Source: Eledone cirrhosa
Lineage: Eukaryota
Reading direction: 5' to 3'
Length of the DNA stretch: 64,000 nucleotides
Assembly: GCA_964016885.1 (NCBI GenBank)
Contig: OZ024740.1
Span: forward strand, 410,626,001 to 410,690,000
Of the stretch, positions 13,857-27,385 are shown in pieces (the first letter of the stretch is position 1; each line of letters begins with the position of its first letter). Both the position numbers and the translations under genes were made by a program. The notes beneath the pieces were generated by a model, which searched no databases, was not told the DNA's origin, and saw only the letters and a list, made by a program, of their open reading frames with translations.

Positions 13857-14329
13857 GATATATTAATTATCTATATTTAACTCCAAATCACTGATTTGTC
13901 GAGCAAACCTGCCAAAACCACTACTAAAAAATTTTTGGTGTGTTAGTAGGCGTCTGTCATCTTACCATCCCACTCCTACCGACTAGCCTCAGTGTCACGT
14001 GATTGATTCTTTAGAATCGGCCATTTGACCAGTGGCAGCGAGAATTTTCAGTGCTTGGAATCCAGTCCTCGATAGCTGTTCCATTTACCGAATTATTATT
14101 ATTTTTATATGAGTCCCCAGTGTCCGCGCATTGCCTGGAGACTTGGCTGAGAATAGACCTCCCTGATGACGCAATGAAATTCTCAACAGTTCATTACGTA
14201 ACTGTCTTTATCCCATTGCAGAAACTAATTAGTTGGAGTGAAAATTTAAGTAAGTTAATTTAAAAAAAATTTTTTTTTTAAATTTTCTTATTTTATTTTA
14301 CGTCTTTTATATATATATATATATATATG

Positions 14330-15830
14330 TAGAAATATCCGTAGATATGAAAAAGAAAAAGGAAAACAGTGTTCAATCGGGGAGAAATTAGAACTATTAT
14401 ATTATTTATTTATCTTCATTCACGAAATAAAGGCGCTACCCAAGGTTTCAAGGCCCAAATTTGACCATACCTCAAGAAAACAAGAGGCATCAAAATAGTG
14501 ACCTTTCTCCAGGTGCTAATACGAGTTTATAAGATATCATTAAAAGTAAATTATGCGAAGAACTCATGATTTCGAAAATAACGTCATAAAACAATGGGAA
14601 ATAATTCGTAGATGTAAATATGAATTATGAGATGAACCTCTTGTTTGTCTTCGTATTATATAGCTGAAATTTTGAATCATGTCGTGTAATGTAATATAGA
14701 GATGGTAATACTATTAATGTATCGAGTATAGTAGTAAAGAAAGTGTATTGTATCATATAAATGTAGAAATAGAAGGAGAAAGAAAAGATATAACGGAAGT
14801 ATATGAATCAAATTAAGGTGGTTGAAAATCAGTCAAATTTTTTAGTATTTCCACTTAGCAAGCAGTTTTGAGAGGAGGTATCCCCTAAAAATTTCGCTCG
14901 TTGAGCTCAGGTAAATATTGTTCGGAGATGACAAACCTTGGATTATGCTAAATTTCTCACTTAGACAGGGATGAGATTTCTAGGTACCGTTGGTGTAAGG
15001 CCTGTATCTTTCAAGTACTTCCACTAAATATTATGTGGGACTCCTTTCTACTTTAATTGCCAGACGTTTTTTGTCAGGGCTGTACTGGCTGTAATGTACT
15101 TATATCAGGAATCCTGAAGGAGTAGAGATGCGTGTAAAAAGATGTTTCACCTGATCTAGCCTCACACACAACGGATTTGATATTAAAATTCTGTTGGAGA
15201 GGGAAAATTTAATCCTACAAGATCAGTTAGGATTTTCGTCGGGTATATTTTTTCTAGTTATTTTTATCTCGTAGAAGGTCCACATGTTGTGAGGGGAATT
15301 TCTATCTAATATATCAACATTTTTTTACCTACCTTACATAATTATTCTTTTTCTATTATTATCTTTAGTACGGTTGGGAATGATGGGGTTTGTACATCAT
15401 TTTGTCATTACAATCCCTATCTAACAGGGCTTGGTTCTAATAAGGCGTTGCCATATCGAAATCTCTCTGGTAGCTGATAAATTAAGGATCCTTCTACTAA
15501 TATTAGGAACTAAATTTTTAAAGACAGCAGGGGGCTGGCGTGAGGCTTTATATTATAAATCAAGTTTTCGTTAGGCTTATTGCATGATTTATACGAAGCT
15601 GTAAATTTGCATTAGTAAGATTTGTATCTACAGTAATTTTAAGCCCTGGAGCACTAAATGTGTCAACTAAATTTTACAGAATTTGTGAAGGGTCTGTCCG
15701 TTACAATCTTGTGAAAACGAAAGACAGTCGTCACTGTATACACCAAAAGAGTAGTTGGGAAATTTAGACTTTAGCGTATAAAGAATGTATAAGCCGATAA
15801 GATTACAAACATCACCACTGTCATAGGATC

Positions 15831-15834
<4 letters not shown>
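14330..15834 (-). pseudogene. Heavily decayed 5'-truncated PLE (RT C-half, probable EN remnant)
   Basis: Minus strand from 15834 reads MGSYDSGDVCNLIGLYIL, then GVYSDD (cf. MGSFDGAE..GLYRDDG in PLE RTs). Many stops follow. (TA)n on both flanks. Confidence 0.7.
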
Positions 15835-15917
<83 letters not shown>

Positions 15918-16004
15918 AAAGGTAAACAGAAATAACAACACAATCGGTACAGTATATATAGAAGGTATATATATTAGGTTAACGCTTGATATAGCAGGAA
16001 GAGG

Positions 16005-16042
16005 GTCTTAACGTTTCGGACGCTAGTCCTTCATCAAAAGAA
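16005..16042 (-). ncRNA. Decayed hammerhead motif
   Basis: Minus strand TTGATGA-a-ggac tagc gtcc-GAAACGTTA. Confidence 0.6.
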
Positions 16043-16297
16043 AGAATGAGAAATAAAATAGATTAAGGGGACGGGCGGGATAGAATCGGAAATAATGTCT
16101 TTAGATAAAAATAATAGGTCAATTCATGTTGACATCTCTTGTAAAACTGTTGGTGCTGGCGTTTTGTGTATGATTTGCTTTTTAGAAAAGTGGATGATGG
16201 CGCGCGTCTACCTGAAATGGAAAAAAAAACCGTTTTGTAAAAAGAGGTATACTTGAGCACGTGCGTAAGCATATATATATATATATATATATTTATA

Positions 16298-19065
16298 TAT
16301 TTCGTTTCTGAATTTGTTTAGCAAGATTCTTTATCTGAAAAAGTGTGTTGAAACCGATATTGTAATACTTTGGGAGGGTCATGTTACCAATAAGAAACAC
16401 ACGCACCAGTTGCTTTCACTTAAATTTATTATAATAAATTTATAAATTTCTGGTTGGTTGGTTGGTTCCACAACCAGATAGTTGTTTATATATAGTCATA
16501 GTCCTTTCGTCACACATTCTGTGACATCTTCAGTGACTGGGGATTCTTTTCTTTGTTTTTGTGCCTCTCGTTTGTTCTATCCTACGCCATCTTGTTTTCG
16601 TGTGTGTGTTGTATGCTTAGTTTGCGCATGTGTTACATCCGGGTGTCCGTGTGTGTTTATATTCGTTTATTTATTTGTTTATTTGCACGTTACTGGTTGG
16701 TTGTTTGTTCTATGTGCTTGTGTGTTTTCCTTTTGTCCTTAATTGTAAGTTGTGATGTTGCTGTTCCTTCATGTTTTCTATTTAATTTTGGTTGGAGTTC
16801 ATTTATGTTTATTGCCTCTGTGATTTCTCTAAACATTGCGTCTTTTCTGTGTGTAGATTCTATTTTTATTTCTATGTTCTCTAATTTACCCTTTTGTTCT
16901 ATTTTAGCATGTTGGTAGAGTATTGATGATTATTTTTTATCCTGAAGCTCTCGCCAGTATTCATTTAACCGTTCTCCTATACTACGAGCTGTCTCACCTA
17001 TGTACACTATATTCTTATCTTTACATTGTCCTTCAGTACATCTTATGCTATATACTACATTTCTAGTTTTACATTTAATATGGGGGCTCAGTTTACAGAT
17101 TACGCATTTCTTATCTATACAGGGAGGTCTTTGAAAAGGGTATGTATTACTAATAAGTGTTTTTATGGAGGTACCTGGTCTTTCTACTATCTTAATATTA
17201 AGTTTAAGTTTATCTAGGGCCCTTCTAAATTTGTAAGCTAATTCACCTCTAGGAGTTGTATTGATGAACATTACACTCTGGTATTTATTGCTATCATACC
17301 ATGAGTTTATTCTATTAACCTTATTCCAAGTTCTTTCTATTCTATTCCAAAATGTGCTTCTATACAAGGGGCAGGTCCCATTTGTATCATTATTTACCAT
17401 TTTTTCCCCATTTGGTTCTGGCTCCTCTATATACTCTGATTTTATCTCTCTGATTGTAACCAGAGAACTATATACGGTGGATGAAGTGTTGTATGTGTCT
17501 TTCTAGTTCTTTGGAGTTGCACATGCGGGACACATTTCTCATCACCCGTACCAAATCCGCAATCAGTATGTTGATTTTGGTGTGATCCGAAACAGCTGTG
17601 TTTCGGTAGATCAGATATTAGGAAGTCATGGGTTTGGCATAATGGGAATGGAGGATTTGTTTTTTGTTATTAATGGTTTCTAACCAGAATTCTGTTTCCA
17701 ACCATCGATTACCAGTCTAGTACAGGTAATCGATGGTTGGGGTGTTTGCTTGGATAGTCTATAGTAACTCTAATACTCTGGTGGATGGAGTTAGCTATTT
17801 GCTGGATGCTTTCCATGCTGTTTTTCTCTAATTCCTAACTGTTCTCTAGTGGGGGTGTTTTTACTACGATGTTTATATCATCAACGTAGCGGGAGTTCAT
17901 TATCAGGGTTAAGAGTTTGCTGTCTTCTAATTGTTCTTTAAGTTTAAGTTTAAATTTATTGTCCCACCATACCATGAATAGGTTAGATATGTCACCTGCA
18001 ATGCTAACACCAATTGCTGCTCCATCCTCTTGGGCATATGTTTTTCTATTAAATTTGAACACATGTTCCTTAAGGGTTAGTTTTATACTGGCCCCCACCG
18101 CATGTGCAATCATTTTCTTTAGTTCATCGTGGTTTTCGGGGGTCTGTATGGCTCTGGTCCACCCGTTCCATCTTTCTGTGTGGGTTTTCTTGGCCATTGA
18201 GGTAATGGTAGGTGGTCTGCTCTTGCTGGTGTGGTAGGGAACAGGTTGCTAAGGTCATACGTATCTAGATAATCATTACTATAGGTAAGTTTAAGTAGGA
18301 GTCCCAGCTCACTGGTATCAATCCCACGGAATTCAACATTGCTCTCACTGAACATTTCTACGCATTTCTCCACAGCAAAATCCACGCCAATGGATGCATA
18401 TAGGGACACAACATCCATACTACCTATTATACAGTCTGTTAGGTCCCTAGATCGGTTATTTTCGCTGATTCTGCTGAGGAGGTCCTCCGTGCTGTCACAT
18501 ATATCTGGGGACATTTCAATGATGGGGCGAATGATCAGGGAGAGGAAGTAGGTAAGTCTGTAGTTACTAGCAATGTTAGCTCCACACACTGGCCGTGTTG
18601 GTGGTCCTGTGACAGGGTCATTGTTCGTCTTATGGTCTTTTTGAAGCCCATACAACTCTGGCACGTCATTGTTCCAGGCCTGGAAGTTGTTGGCAGTCCT
18701 TTTATTGGGCTGCATTATGTTTGTCTACATCATCATATGGGCATTGAGGGTTTTCTCCCTATCCTCATGCTCTTGTGGTGTTACTTCTCTTGTGTTAGTG
18801 ATGTGGGGTTGCATTGCCTGCATGTAGTTTGACAGACTGTTAACCAACATTCTGCCAGACTTGTCTGTTGGAAAGCATGCAATCTCTCCATTACGCGAGC
18901 GCTGCATGAGCTTACGCAAGCCATTTGCAGATATTTCTTCCAGTTGTTGGGCCTCCATTCTATTTTACTTCTTGCTATACTGTTCTACAATATTTCTAAG
19001 TTTAGATCTAGCTATACTAAATTCTGCTTCGGTTTGTTCATCCACGGTTAGTTGTGGGGTCTAGT
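16298..19065 (-). mobile_element. Penelope-like element, family B: RT + GIY-YIG, frameshifted, with HHR-bearing 3' pLTR
   Basis: ORF pieces 18725-18958 (PTDKSGR), 18119-18715 (PTRPV..GSMDVVSLY), 17835-18197 (QEDGAAIG..RYVDDI) and 16930-17400 (C-rich linker, NVVYSIRC..YIGETARS). Confidence 0.93.
16494..16538 (-). ncRNA. Minimal type I hammerhead ribozyme in PLE family B pLTR
   Basis: AGTCA-CTGAAGA-t-GTCACA gaatg TGTGAC-GAAA-GGAC-TA-TGACT, with stems I and II perfect. Confidence 0.88.
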
Positions 19066-19163
19066 TTGCATGAAGAACTCAATGTAATCCATATGTTAAA
19101 AATGTTGTAGGTTAAAATAAATCCCGGAAAACAATAAAACATCAAAAGGAAAACAGAGTCATG

Positions 19164-21083
19164 ATATAAGTTAAAACAATGAAATAAAAATTCAAGTCAT
19201 TAGAAATATACTTCACTGTTTTACGATCGTTTCTAGGTGATAATAATACACCGTACGCATATTTCGTTATCGATCTATGTAGGGTTAGTTACAAAATATC
19301 AAATATGGAATATATTTACCTACATGTATACCATCAGCCGTTGTCAAAAGCAATGAAAATTTTATTCAAAATCAATAGTAAATTGAGTTCTATGACCTTA
19401 TTTGGATGTAGCCAAAAACCATCTTACGTATGGTTGTAATTGCATAAATAGAAGCGTTTGCTCCTTAAATGGCAACTGTTTGATTAATAATGTAATATAT
19501 AAATGCACTGTGTCTACTACTGACTCCAACAAATCATATATAGGATCTACATCGAACACATTTAAGAAAAGATATTACGCACACTCCAGTAGCTTTAACA
19601 ATACTAAACTAGTTAACACCACATCTTTAGCTGAAGCAGTAAATAACTATACAAAGAAAAAAAATAGATTTCAAGCTATCGTGGAATACCATTCTGCAAA
19701 GAACTCCATATCTTGGGAACAGGAGAGAATGCAGGTTATGTTCCGGGGAGATCTTGGAAATTACTAAATCTAAGGACGATTTATTGAATAAAGGACAGGA
19801 ACTGATTATAGCTTGTAATCACCGTATACGAAAAACATTTAAGTACTATAAACCTAATTAAACACTCTAAATAACAACTCACTATAGTTCTATGTGACGT
19901 ACCATTTGTTAGTATCCCCTTCCCCTAATTATAAGCTTTCCTGTTTATTTTTTTATTTTTTAACCTTTTAATTTTTTAGCTTCCATAGATTCATGCGTTT
20001 CTGACTAAGGGCATCAAGGTACATAACCACCTGTAATTGCATGGGTATACATGTATCTATGTATGTATGATAGGAGAATATATATATATATATGTATGTA
20101 TATATGGGTGTATATGTGTATGTGTGTGTATATGTGTATGTATATGTATGTGTCTGTACATGTATATATGTATGTATAAGTGCGTATATATGTATATATA
20201 TATATGTATATATATATGTTTGTGTGCGTGTATGTATGTATGTGTATATGTTTATATCTATGTATGCGTATGTATGTTTTTAATGGAGTATCAATGTAAT
20301 TATACCTCTATCTATATATGTGAATATATGTACTTTTGTTGTCTAAGAAAATTATGCGTTTTGACTATATGTCAACATGCATTTATCTGAGTTTGATTAC
20401 TTATACACTTGAAAATATCTACTATTTTATATTTTATGATGCATCATATGCTATATTATACTATATACAATGTACCATACTGTACTATATTATACTACAT
20501 TATATTATATTATTATATTATTATATTTTATTATCTTATTATAATTTTCATCTTTTAATATACTATCCTTCCTAGTTATGACCATTACTTTACCAATCTA
20601 TATTTATCCTAGTTATTTCTGTATATTTTATATTTACTTATCTATATTCACCTAAAACTTCCATACAACACAACTCAACCATCTACAATCCACTATCAAT
20701 ATAATAATTCCTTTTTATTCATAGATTCTTTATAGTAATTCTATTTTTAACACCATTTAATCATTCCTTTCAAAGGGTCATGACCTCAACTAAAGTGAGT
20801 TATATTTCATCTTAACATCATATGGCAAAAAACCATTTGATTGGTTTGTTCTTCAGCTACCTCCAAATAAGGTCATAGAACTCAATTTACTATTGATTTT
20901 GAATAAAATTTTCATTGCTTTGACATACATGTAGGTAAATATATTCCTTATTTGATATTTTGTAACTAACCCTACATAGATCGATAACGAAATATGCGTA
21001 CGATGTATTATTATCACCTAGAAACGATCGTAAAGAAGTGAAGTAAATTTCTAATGACTTGAATTTTTATTTCATTGTTTTAA

Positions 21084-21090
<7 letters not shown>
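19164..21090 (+). mobile_element. 5'-truncated PLE with inverted pLTRs flanking a GIY-YIG
   Basis: ORF 19402-19767 has CNC..CSLNGNC..NVIYKC..YIGST..FKKRY..H..SF. Arms 19164-19412 and 20856-21090 are inverted copies. Confidence 0.88.
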
Positions 21091-21149
<59 letters not shown>

Positions 21150-21194
21150 CTAAACAATATTAATAAATGGAAAATATCTTTACAAAACCATATT

Positions 21195-21255
21195 TATTTT
21201 ATTATACGTATTTCAAGGGTACTAATATTTAAGTACGCTTTCGTCAGATAAAATA
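21195..21255 (-). ncRNA. Minimal type I hammerhead ribozyme in a short (TA)n-flanked module
   Basis: TATTTTAT-CTGACGA-aagcgtact..agtaccctt-GAAA-TACGTA-TA-ATAAAATA. The downstream tail is shared with the 286-350 copy. Confidence 0.88.
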
Positions 21256-22460
21256 TAATATTTGGTGTTAAAATAGTGACATATCTTCATGTGAACTTAA
21301 TGGTATAAGCCCAATGTTTATATATATATATATATATATCTGTGTGTGTGTGATGGATGTCTGTGTGTCATGTAGGTCTAACATTTGTACCTCCCTTTTT
21401 CGCTGGAAGCATGCAGTATTTTAGTAATTTCCAATGATTGGATCACACGACGAGGATGACGCATACAAAAATGCAAAGACCTTAAAACCACACCCAAAGC
21501 ACTCAACACTTAACATAGGATGCTGTAGTATTATCAACTGAAGAACTTAGTGTGACAACTCCTATATATAATACTCCTCCCGAGTAACAAACCTAATCGG
21601 AAGTTGTGCTGCTTCCGCATCTGATCGACATGAACTTTTTATTTTTATTAATATGGTGCCAAGACTGTGTCGTGTCTTTCTAGGGTGGAGTTGTATATAC
21701 AGAGCTAAACAGAGGGTAACAATATGGACGCAAAATGTTTTTATGCATAAGATTTAACAGAGACATATGCTTGTGAAACTTGTGATCTACTTCCTGAATG
21801 TTTGAAGCAATGAAACTAACATGTAAATACACACACACACACATATATATATATAAGTAAGCACATGTGTGCATGTATAAGTATGACTTAGGAGTTCGTC
21901 TGACCTTAGGCAGAATTTTTTACTTTTCATCTCAACGTGAACAAAAACTACTCGCTTCATCTTTGGTTTTGTAGCGTTTCGCCGACGACTCGATCATGCA
22001 ACGGCTCTCACTATATTACATGTTGCGAATGGCGTTCAAAGATGACCTCATATACACTCCACTCACACAAACACAAAGGCACCGCATTTCATGTTAGTTT
22101 GTCTGTGTGTGTTTTTATGAGAGGTGTATGCATTCAAAATTGATACCAAGGGAGCTAATGTGTTTTTGTAGTGTCGTTACTTATAGAGAATTAATATTCA
22201 GGTATTCGATATTAAGAAATCATTGAATATGTTGGCTTTGATATCACTCACTTTTCTGTATCTCGATCTATGTTTACTGCCTGAAAATTTCTCTCTATAA
22301 CATATGTTGCATATCGCCTGAAATGTTGCTCTTTTCATATTACAATGCGTAACTAAATTAATAGAAAATGGCAATAAATCCCTACATCATACTTCAGATT
22401 GACATATTCATACGCACACACACACATGCACACGCACAAATATGAATGTATGTATGTATG

Positions 22461-25400
22461 TTCTTCTTGTTTTATAATTTCACAAAGTTTTACCAATAGA
22501 GAGAGAGTCCGTTTCTAACATAGACACATACTCTCTCATTGGAATTTACACAACATCAACTAGGTAGGTATGTATGTATGCATGCATGTGTAGATATGGA
22601 TGTTATTGTATGTGTGGATGTGTATGTTTTGAGTTGTATGTGTGCATGTGTGTATGCTTTGCATCTGTATATGTGTATATGCAGTTATTAGATGCAACAT
22701 TTTTGGAATGTCTTACATATTTTTACTGTTCCATTAATGGATTGTACTTGTAATTTCCTAACTAGTTGTGTTCTTTCTGTTCCTGTGAAGCCTAGCTTCT
22801 CAAGATTTTTATTGAGGCAGTTACTAACATATGCCAGTACCCCAATAATCACAGGCATAAATCTGAAGGTATAATCAGGGTGGAGTATCTGCAGATTTTT
22901 CATCAGTTCTGCATAAATATTCTCCTTGTCGCTAATCTTTGATATTATATTGGCATCTGTTGGACAGCTAACTTCCACTACTGTGCATGCTTTCTTCTCC
23001 CTGTCCCATATCATAATATCTGGTCTGTTATGCCTGCATTTTATTGGGGTTTTTACTGCAACATTCGACCAGTACTCTTTCATATTATGTACATGGATGT
23101 CTTCCATATTGCTGTAGCTTTTAATGTGTTTATTATCGGGTCTATCTTTTTTACGAACTGCATTGTACAGTGTTTTGGCTACTACATCATGGCTCATAGG
23201 TAGATAGTACCACGATGACATATTTGGACAGCTGCTGATGACATGGGTGATATCCTCGATGTTAGTTCTGCTGAGTCTGCACTTGTTATCACATCTAGGT
23301 GTTTTGCCTGCATCCCTATCTCTTTTGTGAATCAGGTATTTCGTGCTAATCTCCTGTTCCTGGATTGCAAAAGCGTATCCTTCAAAGTGGGAGCCAATAT
23401 AGTGGTTGTTGGTCCAAGATAGACTACTTTCCTTATCTATATTACTCTCACTCTGGAGCTTCCTGGCAAGATATCCATGCATGCATTTTTGCTGATAGGC
23501 ATGCAGTTTTTCATCCATGGATTCACTGCGATACTGCTGAGCGACATCCCTGGGTGTGATGTTTTGATTATCACACAGGGAATATCTCTCGAGGAGTTCC
23601 TTCCCAACTCTCATGATCTTATCTGTTTCATGCAGATAGACTTGCTCGAGAAACGGGCTCCTACGCTTCGAGGTTCGTAGATGTTGTCGGAGAGATATGA
23701 TGCGACATTCAAATGTTGTCTGGACTGATGTTAGGCCTCTGCCTCCCTGTTTACGTTTCAAGTAAAGGCGGTCTATGTCACTGTCGATGTGGAAGTTTCC
23801 GGTGTTGTTCAGTATTTTTCGAGTTCCAGCATCAACTGCTCGGATTTCGTCTATCGTCCAATTGAGTATTCCAAACGTTGGTGTTAGGACAGGCACTACA
23901 AACACATTGTGAGTCACTGTTTTGTTTTGCGCAGAGAGTTCCGATGACAAGATCTTTCTTAATCGGGTGTAGTATTCCTTGGTTACGCGTTCTTTATTAC
24001 AGATACCATTATACGATCTGTAGCAGTCCTCATCAGATATCGGTGAAATAGTTAGGCCATTGATGACAATGTTGCTAGATTGGGTTGTTGTTTTCCCCCG
24101 CTTTACAGTCATGTATGAGCATTTATCTTGGCCAAACTCCATCCTATATCCTTTGAGAACGTTGTAACCAGGTCAAGATTTTTCTTCATCTCATCCATGT
24201 TCTTGGCATAGAGTCTCAGATCGTCCACAAAGAAATTAGGGGTTAGGTTCGTATTTCTGTCCTCCTGTGAGCCAATGATGTATCCCCCACATTTCTTGAG
24301 CAGAAAGGACAAGGGGTTTAATGACAAGATGAATAATATCACAGAAAGACTGCCCCCCCCCCCCCCCCTGAAATATACCCCTCAATATTTTATTTTATCA
24401 GTGAAAATAGAGTCCCCCCTTTCTGTCTTTAACCTTAGGATAGTAGCCCAAGAAGAAGACAGCCTCTCTATGGCTCTGACAATAATGTCTGGGACTTTAG
24501 CAAGTTGGAGGGCCTCTATCATCCAAGAATGGGGAATAGAATCAAAAGCTTTCCTGTAGTCCAGCCAGACTGTAGTCATATTCCTCCTAAGTTGTCGCAC
24601 CTCCGACATCGCAATTTTGTTGATTAGGAGTTGTTCAGCACATCCCCAAACCCCTTTCTTTCCAGCTGCTTGTTCATCTGTGATGATGTTCTTATTTTCA
24701 CAGTGATCTTGGAGGAATAGGCTCAGACAGGCTGTATACATCTTATACATCAGGTTCTGGCATGCAATGGGTCGGTAGTTTTTTGCAAAGTGGGTGTCTT
24801 TATTCTTGGGGACCAGTAATGTTTGTGCTAATGTCAACCATTCTGGTATAAGTGTTTCTCCCTTAAGAACTTGTTGGTAGAGGTCAGTAAGATACCTCCG
24901 ATAGAATATCAGTTTTTTGTACCAGTAGCCGACAAACATGTCTCTTCCTGGTGTTTTCTTATCTTGGAGTTTTCCTATCACAGTCTCAAGGGTACCCTCC
25001 CTTATTTCGTATGTTTTTGTTGTAGTGTAGGAGCAATAGTTCTTTCGGATTTCTCTTAACCACACTCCATCATGGATGAAATTCTTCTTTTCACCCCATA
25101 TTTTGCTCCAAAAGGAATCTATGTCTTTTAGGGATGGGCCTCAGTGACACTTATTATTTTGCCCTTCATATCTCTATAGACTGATGTTTGGTTTCGTCTG
25201 AATCTTTTATTATGCACTTTTCTCTCATCTACCTTCTTCAGGTATCGGCGTTTTTCGCTAACGGCCCTCAATTCTTGTTTGAGGGTGATCAGCTTATATT
25301 GGAGAGTTCTGGTTCTACTGTTACCAAACATCGTCTCTATTTTATTTTTCACTCTTTGTTGGTGAGGAGTGAGGTTTTTTTGTGTTTGTTTGCATGTAAG

Positions 25401-26521
25401 GAGCATTGTCACATATCCTATGTTTTTTCGTAGGTCAACAATCTTTTTTTCTATTTTAGTTATATATGATGGTATTTTTGGTGGTGTTTTGTTCTTGGTA
25501 ATATCTCTGCTATCACCAAGATAATGCTTCACTGTCATTGCTAAGGCATATAAACAGGCGTTGATTTGTCAAAATGTTGGGATTTTTATCCGTCGTAATA
25601 TTCATTCCCTATTTCGTCAATAACACGTAATATTTCATTATTTGTTTTTTTATTCAACATTGTCGTTTTAACAACAGAAATATTTATACATGAGTTAATT
25701 TCTCTCTGGAAGATTTCGTTGAGGGAAATTTTCAATTGTTTATATTTTGATTATCCTTATCGATAGTATTTTCCAGAATAGTCGAGGTAGCCTCGGATAG
25801 TACACGTGGTGTCAAATTTCTTCGATTATTATTATTATCGATAGTGTTTTCCCCAGCATTCGAGGTAGACTTAGATGGTACAGGTGGTGTCAAGTTTCTT
25901 ACAGGCATAGTTGTTTCAAGGCGCTGTTCGACCTGGCTGCTAGGAAGTCTAGTAGTATGGCGACCTGTAGCAAGTATTGTTGATAACATGTTTGTTGTGG
26001 GGGACTTACAATTAATACGTTCAACAAACGTCGCTTGTTGGCGTAATTGTTTCGCTGTGAAATAATTTAGCTCTGAGTGCATTTCGTCCCACTGTAGCTT
26101 CATTCTGTTCATATAGCCAATGGAGGGATTGTTTTTTGTCATTTTATAACAATTAAATAAATCATTATTAAGTTCGCAACTCCAAGAGAAATGCGATTTA
26201 TAATTTCGGTTTCTTCTGTAGCTACAACTGAATAAAGTTTGATTACTTTCCTTGTTATTTGTCTTCGATACTTCCTTAATTTTTTTGTTGATATTGTGTT
26301 CAGCCATGTTATTTGTAGCAAATTTTTGTAAAATGAATTATGTATTTAGTCGGATATCTCTACGAATTCGAATAAAAGGTGTCTTCAGAAGGGATAGTTA
26401 GAAGAATAACCAGTTATTCAACCTGACTGTAGTTGTGGCATTACTGTCGGAGATAGTATTCATCTTAAATTTAATAAATAGTCTCCCACGCCAAAATATG
26501 GGACTGTTCGCGTTGACTGTC
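22461..26521 (-). mobile_element. Near full-length R4/Dong-type non-LTR retrotransposon (RT + CCHC + restriction-like endonuclease), frameshifted
   Basis: RT motifs TPGRD, NYRPIAC, WLDYRKAFDSIPH and FVDDL. GGRGL. Degenerate CCHC CRLS..EDITHVISSC. RLE HDVV..RPDI..VEVSCP..KENIY. ORF pieces span 22688-26307. (TATG)n on both flanks. Confidence 0.9.
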
Positions 26522-26607
26522 TATGTATGTATGTCTGTCTATTTATGTATGTATGTATGTCTATTTATGTATGTATGTATGTATATACATATATATATAT
26601 ATATATC

Positions 26608-26669
26608 ACTAGTTCCAGCCGATTGGCTGAGGCCGTACTGGGCGCCATCGTTGCACCGCCATTGCACCA

Positions 26670-26713
<44 letters not shown>

Positions 26714-26809
26714 TTAATATAGATGAATATATATATTAAAACTTTTATACTCTGCAATGTATTGAGTACCTTGCTTACTGTGGTTACCTCCGATTCAACC
26801 CGGAATAAC

Positions 26810-26855
<46 letters not shown>

Positions 26856-26944
26856 CTATATATCTATATATATCACTCTTTTACTAGTTCCAGCCGATTG
26901 GCTGAGGCCGTACTGGGCGCCATCGTTGCACCGCCATTGCACCA

Positions 26945-26946
<2 letters not shown>
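26608..26946. repeat. 64-bp identical GC-rich direct repeat, each copy followed by (TA)n
   Basis: actagttccagccgattggctgaggcc...gcaccacc at 26608-26671 and 26883-26946. Confidence 0.9.
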
Positions 26947-27021
<75 letters not shown>

Positions 27022-27024
<3 letters not shown>

Positions 27025-27385
27025 TGTTATATTTGGGGAGGGTCATATTGCTATAATATTGACAGAAATAATAATAAAACACACTCAATGTTTGGTTTGG
27101 ATTGGTTTTCGCTTCTGTATATTTTATATCCCTATATTAATTTAGCTGGCAATCAATGTTTATCATTGATTGATCAGCAGTTAAAAAAAACAACAATATA
27201 TATATATTTAGTCTATCAAAGTTCTTTCATCACGCACCTGTGACATCTTCAGTGGTACTATTATGTTTCCTCCGGTTGTATTGTAATGTCTATTCTATAG
27301 TAGACCTTACAATAGAACGGGAGGAAACATAATAGTACCACTCATGATGTCACAGGTTTGTGATGAAAGAACTTTGATAGGCTAT
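27022..27385. repeat. PLE family-B-like terminus folded back on itself with two HHR motifs
   Basis: End motif tattgttatatttggggagggtcat resembles 16358-16382. HHRs at 27213-27258 (-, CTGAAGA) and 27335-27380 (+, CTCATGA). Hairpin centre ~27296. Confidence 0.78.

Noticed and set aside
26608-26946. Repeat-spacer pattern resembling CRISPR
   Set aside because: Only two copies, microsatellite spacers, eukaryotic context and no cas genes.
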